64,000 nt of DNA from an uncultured Verrucomicrobiae bacterium (GTDB lineage: Bacteria > Verrucomicrobiota > Verrucomicrobiia > Chthoniobacterales > JAATET01), in NCBI GenBank assembly GCA_963719495.1, contig CAVRCI010000002.1:512001-576000 (forward strand), written 5' to 3'. Under the pieces are notes generated by a model. That model was not told the origin of the DNA and did no database searches. It saw nothing but the letters and a program-made list of their open reading frames with translations. Of this stretch, positions 56,522 through 64,000 are shown piece after piece. The first letter of the stretch is position 1. Every line of letters begins with the position of its first letter. The translations under genes and the position numbers were made by a program.

Positions 56522-57650
56522 ATGAAAAAGAATGCACTTGTCATCGGTGGCTCGCTCGGTGGCTTAGCCGTCGGTCTCGAATTGCAGCACGCGGGCTGCG
56601 ACGTGGAGATTTTCGAACGGTCGCCGCGGGTGCTCGACGACCGCGGGGCTGGTATCGTCATGCAAGCGGAGACGCTTCATCTGCTGACTCGGCGCTGCGG
56701 TTTGGCCGAAGACGAGACCGGCGTGTGGCTACGCCAACGCCAACATTTGGGAGCCGATGGCCATCCGGAGTCGCGCCAAGATATGCCGCAACTCATGACC
56801 TCCTGGGGATTGATTCAGCGCGCCTTTCGGAGGTCAATCCCTGACGAAAAATATCATTCGGGATGCCAGCTTATCGATTTCGAAGCGGAGGCGGACTCGG
56901 TCACGGCACGATTCGCCAACGGGGATGAAGTGATCGGAGATCTGCTTGTCGGGGCGGACGGTTCGCGCTCCACGGTGCGCGCTCAGCTTCATCCGGAGGT
57001 GACGCCGCGATCCGCCGGCTACGTCGCGTGGCGGGGAGTGGTGGACGAGGCGGACGCGGGTGAGGAGCTCCTCGCGACATTTGGCGATCGCTTCACGTTT
57101 CAACAGATGCGCCACAGTCACGCCCTTTGCTACCTCATTCCCGGAGCGAATGGTGAGACGGAACCTGGCGCGCGGCGTCTGAATTGGGTCTGGTATTGGA
57201 ACGTGCCGGAACCGGAATTGGCGCGCTTGATGATGGGTCCCGACGGGCGGCGACACGAGTTCTCCATCCCGCCCGGCCAGCTCCGCCCGGAGGTGATCGC
57301 CGAGCAGCGAGTTGATTGCCGAGCGCGTGCTCTGTCCGCAGTTCCTTGAATTGTGGGACGCCACAAAGCAGCCCTTTCTCCAGCCGATCCTCGACCTCGC
57401 CGTTCCGCGAATGGCGGTGGGTCGCGTTGCGATCGTTGGCGACGCCGCGTTTATCCCGCGGCCCCACACGGCGGCCAGCACGTCGAAAGCCGCTGCGGAC
57501 GCTTTGGCGCTCGGTCAGGCGGTCACCGAGCATCCCGACGATCTCGACAACGCACTGGCGGCTTGGGAGCCGGGCCAACTCGCGCTCGGGCGCAACCTCG
57601 AAGCGCACGGACAAGCGCTCGGATATCGTTCGCAATTCTCCGCGGGGTGA
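56522..57650 (+). pseudogene. FAD-dependent monooxygenase (2,6-dihydroxypyridine hydroxylase-like), frameshifted near 57311
   Basis: IGGSLGGL, GADG.RS, GYVAWRG in the first frame; PFLQPI, GDAAF.PRPHTAA in the shifted frame. Confidence 0.85.
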
Positions 57651-57753
57651 TCTCCACGACTTTTCCAGATCCATTTGCCGAACGGTTCGATTTCGAAACG
57701 GTGGATCGCAGCACAATCTCCCACGCCGCTCACCACATCATACCGACATCATC

Positions 57754-59033
57754 ATGAATCCCGATTCCCCGACCCATCCCATCCGAATCTACGGCGCGCC
57801 CGGCTGCCGCGTCTCATTCAAGCTTCGAGATTTTCTCAAGCGGAGCGCGCTGGATTTCGAATGGGTCGAGCTGACGTCCAGTGAAGCAGCTCGCGAATTA
57901 ACGGGGATCAGTTCGCTGGAAGATGAGCGTTTACCCCTGTGCGAACTGCCCGACCGCGTTCGGCTTGACCACCCGTCGCTGCACGAACTTGCCGGGGCTC
58001 TGGGATATCTGGCGAAGCCAAAGCACGTCGATTACGACCTTTCGATCTACGGGGCCGGGCCAGCCGGACTCAGCGCGGCGGTCTACGCCGCGTCGGAGGG
58101 ACTGCGCACGGTCCTCATCGAACGCGCCGCCGTGGGGGGACAGGCCGGCAGCAGTTCCATGATCGAAAACTATCTCGGATTTCCCGAAGGGATCAGCGGG
58201 GCGGAACTCGCCGCGCGGGCTCGCGAGCAGGCCTTGAAATTCGGCTGTGAAATTCTCCAGCTTCGAGAAGGTGTGAACGCGGAGTTCCGCGATGGCAGGA
58301 TCCACGTCGATCTTGCCGACGGGTCCCGACTCGCCGCGGGTGCGAACATTTGCGCCACCGGCGTGGAATACGGCGGTCTCGGGCTGCCGAACGAGTCGCA
58401 GTTTATTGGGGCCGGACTTTATCATGGGGGCCGGATACAGCGAAGCGTCGCGGCTCGAAGGCAAGACCGCCTACGTCGTCGGCGGCGCCAACTCGACCGG
58501 TCAAGCCGCGATTCATTTTTCGCTCTTTGCCGAACGCGTGGTGGTGGTCATCCGCGCCAGCGAACGTTCGGCGACCATGTCCACCTACCTCTGGACGCGT
58601 GTGCTCGGGAATCCGACGATCGAGGTGCGGTTTTCCACTTCAGTCAGCGGAATCGACGGCGACAACGTGCTGCGTCACATCACGCTGCGCGACCGGAATT
58701 CCAAAGCCAGAGAAACGGTCGATTCCGAGCATCTGTTCGTTTGCATCGGAGGTCGTCCGAACACGACGCGGGCGCGTGACACGGCGATCCTGCGAGATCG
58801 CAGCGGCTATCTCGTCACCGGCACGGACACGCATGTCGATGGCAAGCCTCCGGAACGATGGCCGCTCGAGCGACCGCCGCGCTTTCTCGAAACGAGCGTT
58901 CCTAGCTCGCTCGCCGCTGGCGACGTGCGCCTTGGTTCGGTGAAGCGATTCGCGACCGCCGTCGGAGAAGGCGCGATGGCCGTGACATCTGTTCAACCAA
59001 TACCTTGCGGAACAGGCTCGACTCCCGATCTGA
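57754..59033 (+). pseudogene. Thioredoxin-reductase-like FAD oxidoreductase, frameshifted at 58426-58430 and probably near 58995
   Basis: GAGPAGLSAAVYAASEG and IENYLGFP; after the G5 run GAGYSEA, VVGGANS, AAGDVR.GSVKR, AVGEG; removing one A at about 58995 restores VHQYLAE with a stop at 59033. Confidence 0.85.
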
Positions 59034-59091
59034 AGGCGCTGGCGAGCGGCTCGATGGGCTGGAAAGAAATCCAGCGCGAAAATTTTATCCC

Positions 59092-61299
59092 TTAGATCTT
59101 CCGGGCCGGGTCCGTGAAAAGACGCCACTGCGCGGCTTGGAAGTCGCCTGGTGAACGGGGGCATTCTAGGCCCAAGGACAGTAGGAATTGCCCGGTCCAT
59201 CCGGTTGGCTGGTCGAGGGTTCGATAAATGGCGTCGGGATCGAGTCCGCGGAGACGGAGGCGGGTCGGTTGCGAGTTTGGTCGTGCGAGCGTGCGGAAAT
59301 AGCTCACGATCGCCTCGCCTCGGTCGCCGGCGACGATCATCCACGCGGTGTCGTTTCCATCGAACGGACTCGCGAGCCGGTAGAAGTCTCCGTTGGCGAC
59401 GAGCGCTCGGATCTCTTTGTAGTCGGCGGTGTGCTGGCGGACTTCGTCCTGCTCCTCGGACGTGAGTTTGTTGAGATCGAGTTCGTAGCCGAATGCGCCG
59501 GTCGTGGCGGCGGTGACCCGGGTCGCGAGGGGGGTGGTGCGATGGACTTGATGATTGGGGACGGCGGAGACGTGCGCGCTGATGCAGCTGAGCGGATAGA
59601 TGATGCTCGTGCCGAATTGGATTTTCAGGCGTTCGATGGCGTCGGAGTCGTCGCTGGCCCAGGTCTGGGGCATGTAATGGAGGATGCCGGGATCGAAGCG
59701 TCCACCGCCAGCGGCGCAGCCTTCGAACAGGATGTCGGGGAACCGGGTCGTGAGGGTCTCCATCATCTCGTAAACGCCGAGAATGTTGCGGTGGGCGACC
59801 TCCATCTGTTGGTCGGGCGGGAGGGCGGCGGAGCCGGCTTCTGTGAGGTTGCGGTTCATGTCCCACTTCACGTAGGTGATGGGCGCGGACTCGAGGACGG
59901 CGGCGACCGCTTCGACGATGTGAGCGCGGATTTCGGGGCGGGTGAGATCGAGAACGAGCTGCTCTCGGTCGGTTGTCCTCGCTCGGTCCGGGACGTGGAG
60001 GCACCAGTCGGGGTGGGCGCGGTAAAGGTCGCTGTCGGGCGAGATCATCTCGGGTTCGAACCAGAGGCCGAACTCGAGGCCCTGCTCGCGGACGCGGCGG
60101 GCGAGTTCGCCGAGGCCGCCGGGGAGTTTGGCGGGATTGACCGTCCAGTCGCCGAGGCCGCTGAAACTGTTGTTGCGGATCCCGAACCAGCCGTCGTCGA
60201 GGACGAACAGTTCGACGCCGAGTTCGGCGGCTTTGCCGGAGATGGCGAGGAGTTTGTCGGCGTCGAATTTGAAGTAGGTCGCCTCCCAGTTGTTCAGGAG
60301 AACGGGTCGCGGGGCGTCGCGGAATTTTCCCCGGCAGAGGCGGGTGCGGTAGAGCCGGTGGAACGTGCGAGACATCCCGCCGAGACCGGTGGCCGAGAAG
60401 ACGAGGACCGCTTCGGGGGTTTGGAAGGATTTTTTGGAATCGAGCCGCCATTCGAAATCGAAGGGGTTGATTCCGATGGAGACGCGGGTGTGCTCGAAGG
60501 AGTCGACCTCGACTTGGGCGAGGAAGCTGCCGCTGTAGACGAGGCTGATTCCGTGGACTTCTCCCTGATCTTCGTCGGCGCCGGTTGCGAGGAGCGCGAC
60601 GAAGGGATTGTGTTGGTGGCTGCTGGCCCCGCGGCGACTTTCGATACTTCGGATGCCGGGGTGGAGTGGATGAATGCCGACGTGGCGCTCGCGACCCCAC
60701 GCGCCTGAGAGCTCGAGCATGCGGTAGTCGCAACGGCCCAAGTCGAGCGAGCAGGAGGCGGCGCGTTGAATGCGGAGTGGGTCGGGGCCGTGATTTTCCA
60801 GTCGCAGGGATCGGGTGACGGCGTCGTGATGACCGAAGACCGTGTATTGCAGGATGGCGTGGAATCCGATGAGCCGGTCGCGGAGTTCGATCTCGAGCGA
60901 GTCGGCTTCGTCGTCCGATTCGACGTAGGTCGCGGGCAGGCCGGGGAGCTTGGGTTTCCCGGGGCGGATGCGGTGCGAGTGGTAGCGGAAGTCGAGGATG
61001 CGGGAGCCGTCGGGTTGGAGGACGGCGAGCGCCGGGGAACGGAAATCGCCAGTGCCGAAGACGGGGAGTTCGAGCGGAAGGGTGCCGATCAAGTCGAGCG
61101 TCTCGGCGGGTTTCGGCTCGGGCGTCCATTCGCGGACGATTCCGTCGGGGACGCTGGCGAGGAGTTCGGCGCTGTCGACGCGGGGTCCCCAGTGGAGGTG
61201 GAGTGGGACGCCTAGGCGTCCGTGAATGCGGAGGGCGTAGGTGGAATTCGGCGTGTGGAGGAGGAAGGTGCGGGACGGGGCGTGGAAATCGATCGGCAT
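59092..61299 (-). CDS. GH36 alpha-galactosidase
   Basis: NNWEATYF, FVLDDGWF, GLWFEPEM, YVKWDMNR, GGGRFD, WASDDSD, VPNHQ. Confidence 0.96.
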   Translation of the reverse strand: MPIDFHAPSRTFLLHTPNSTYALRIHGRLGVPLHLHWGPRVDSAELLASVPDGIVREWTPEPKPAETLDLIGTLPLELPVFGTGDFRSPALAVLQPDGSRILDFRYHSHRIRPGKPKLPGLPATYVESDDEADSLEIELRDRLIGFHAILQYTVFGHHDAVTRSLRLENHGPDPLRIQRAASCSLDLGRCDYRMLELSGAWGRERHVGIHPLHPGIRSIESRRGASSHQHNPFVALLATGADEDQGEVHGISLVYSGSFLAQVEVDSFEHTRVSIGINPFDFEWRLDSKKSFQTPEAVLVFSATGLGGMSRTFHRLYRTRLCRGKFRDAPRPVLLNNWEATYFKFDADKLLAISGKAAELGVELFVLDDGWFGIRNNSFSGLGDWTVNPAKLPGGLGELARRVREQGLEFGLWFEPEMISPDSDLYRAHPDWCLHVPDRARTTDREQLVLDLTRPEIRAHIVEAVAAVLESAPITYVKWDMNRNLTEAGSAALPPDQQMEVAHRNILGVYEMMETLTTRFPDILFEGCAAGGGRFDPGILHYMPQTWASDDSDAIERLKIQFGTSIIYPLSCISAHVSAVPNHQVHRTTPLATRVTAATTGAFGYELDLNKLTSEEQDEVRQHTADYKEIRALVANGDFYRLASPFDGNDTAWMIVAGDRGEAIVSYFRTLARPNSQPTRLRLRGLDPDAIYRTLDQPTGWTGQFLLSLGLECPRSPGDFQAAQWRLFTDPARKI

Positions 61300-61321
61300 T
61301 GGTGGATGCGGGGGAATGGAA

Positions 61322-61372
61322 GTGTCGGCTTTCAGCCGAGGGTGGGTCGAGATCGGCTGGAAGCCGATGCCA
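61322..61372. repeat. REP-like hairpin pair
   Basis: gtgtcggctttcagccga ... tcggctggaagccgatgccac. Confidence 0.65.
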
Positions 61373-61382
61373 CGGAGGTGAG

Positions 61383-62504
<1,122 letters not shown>

Positions 62505-62529
62505 GGGTCGGAAATGCGTTGGTGGAGAA

Positions 62530-63363
62530 TCAGCCCTTCACGGCTCCGGCGCTGAGGCCACGGACGAAGAGTTTCATGGTGAACATGAAGATGATGATGA
62601 GTGGGAGCGAGGAGAGGAAAAAGGCAGCCATGATCTTGCCCCATTGCTTGACGTATTCGCCGTCGAGGTAAATGAGGCCGACGCCGAGGGTGAAGAGCTC
62701 CTTGTCGCGGAGGACGATCAGCGGCATAAGGAAGTCGTTCCATTTGCCGAGGAAAGACAGGATGGCGAGCGTGCCGATGATGGGTCCGCTCATGGGGATC
62801 ACGACGTTGACGATCTGGTGGAGGTGGCTAGCACCGTCCATCTCGGCCGCTTCGAAGAGGTCGCTGGGAATCTCCTCGATGAAGTTGCGCAGGACGTAGA
62901 TGTTGAAGACTTGGACGCCGGCGATGCCGAGGATGACGAGGGCCCAGAGGCTGTTGAGCAGGTTGAGGCTCTGGAGGAGGGAGAAAAGCGGGACAATGTT
63001 CGCCACGCCGGGCATGAGCATGAGGACGAGGAAGGCGGACCAGAGGAAGCCTCCGAAGGGCATGCGGTAGCGGGCGAAGAAGTACGCTCCGAAGATGGAG
63101 AAGATGAGGCCGAGGACGGTGCCGGTGACGGCGACGAATACGGTGTTCGCGACGTAGGGGAGAACGAGGTCGTAGGCGAACGCCCAATTCTCCCAGTGCC
63201 ACTGCGACGGCCACGAGGGAAGCCAGGGGTTCGCGAGGAACTCGGCGTTCGTTTTGAAACTGATCTGGATCATCATGTACATCGGCAGCATTTCGATCGA
63301 GAGGATCGACCAGATGAGCAGATGTTTGGGCCAGTTCGAGCCGGTGCGGTTGAGGGCGCTCAT
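62530..63363 (-). CDS. Carbohydrate ABC transporter permease (MalG-like)
   Basis: LFEAAEMDGA EAA loop; WNDFLMP; TM helices. Confidence 0.95.
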   Translation of the reverse strand: MSALNRTGSNWPKHLLIWSILSIEMLPMYMMIQISFKTNAEFLANPWLPSWPSQWHWENWAFAYDLVLPYVANTVFVAVTGTVLGLIFSIFGAYFFARYRMPFGGFLWSAFLVLMLMPGVANIVPLFSLLQSLNLLNSLWALVILGIAGVQVFNIYVLRNFIEEIPSDLFEAAEMDGASHLHQIVNVVIPMSGPIIGTLAILSFLGKWNDFLMPLIVLRDKELFTLGVGLIYLDGEYVKQWGKIMAAFFLSSLPLIIIFMFTMKLFVRGLSAGAVKG

Positions 63364-64000
63364 TTGGAAACGCGGACGTATTTGTTGTTGATGAGGGTCA
63401 GCACGAGGATGAAGACGAAGAGGATGATGCCGAGGGCGCAGGCGTAGCCGAACTCACGGGCGACGAATGCGCGGTTAAACATCCACAATCCGGGCACCAT
63501 GCCGCGCCCGCCCGGTCCGCCATTTTCTCCCAGGAGAAGGAGCTCGAGGCCGAAGCCTTTGAGCGTGCCGATGATGAGGAGGACGAGCGTGAGGCGGACC
63601 TGGGTCAGGATGAGCGGAAGCTCGATGTGGGTGAATTTCTGGATCGAACTCACGCCGTCGAGGTCGGCGGCTTCGTAGACCTCGGTGCCGATGCTCTGGA
63701 GTCCGGCCAAGTAAATCAGCACGCCGACGGTGCCGATCCACGGGAAACCCCAGATGATGAGCGAGGGCACGATGAGGTCCGGCTGGCTGAGCCACGCGGT
63801 GGGAATGCCTTCGAGGAAGACGCCCCAGTGGAATACGTGGGTGTCGAGCGTGACGAGCAGCGACTTGATTCCGGTGGATTCGAGGACGGTGTTGAGGATG
63901 CCAAGGTTCGGATCGAAGAAGAATTTCCAGATGAAGAGGGTAACCAAGCTTGGCACGATCATCGGAATCACGAGCAGCACGCGATACCAGTATTGCCAAC
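63360..64000 (-). CDS. Carbohydrate ABC transporter permease (MalF-like), start beyond the right edge
   Basis: YLAGLQSI, YEAADLDG, GYACALG. Confidence 0.93.
   Translation of the reverse strand, partial: WQYWYRVLLVIPMIVPSLVTLFIWKFFFDPNLGILNTVLESTGIKSLLVTLDTHVFHWGVFLEGIPTAWLSQPDLIVPSLIIWGFPWIGTVGVLIYLAGLQSIGTEVYEAADLDGVSSIQKFTHIELPLILTQVRLTLVLLIIGTLKGFGLELLLLGENGGPGGRGMVPGLWMFNRAFVAREFGYACALGIILFVFILVLTLINNKYVRVSK

Overview
GC-rich bacterial chromosome segment. The style of the housekeeping genes and repeat families suggests Verrucomicrobiota, but this is inference only. It has four parts. (1) 1-19.6 kb: a carbohydrate-utilisation locus (GH51-like, GH63/MGH1-like, GPH-type MFS transporter, GH4, sulfatase, GH9-CBM, GH2, beta-helix enzyme, GH116) whose transcription units share an upstream ATAACGGCTTA motif. 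(2) About 19.6-42.0 kb: a visibly more AT-rich island abutting the 3' end of tRNA-Met(CAT). It encodes four tyrosine-recombinase-fold proteins, an AAA+ ATPase, a Fic protein, an XRE repressor with three operators, and a ~2,070-codon REase-TPR-PIN defence-like gene split by one in-frame TAA. (3) 42-55 kb: core and accessory genes (nadA, AbiEii-type pair, GH1, PAS-SpoIIE phosphatase, pta, ackA, fabD, glycerate kinase, tRNA-Ser). (4) 55-64 kb: a decaying redox islet after tRNA-Ser, then GH36 and a sugar ABC transporter. The best candidate for a new system is the island's recombination module. A translationally coupled operon (HTH, small protein, degenerate YR-fold protein, YR) resembling the GInt/SE core and a separate tRNA-adjacent integrase both start at the same offset from an identical 24-bp direct repeat. 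A second, ~70-bp palindromic direct repeat brackets the defence cargo. All annotations come from reading motifs by eye; no database searches were run.
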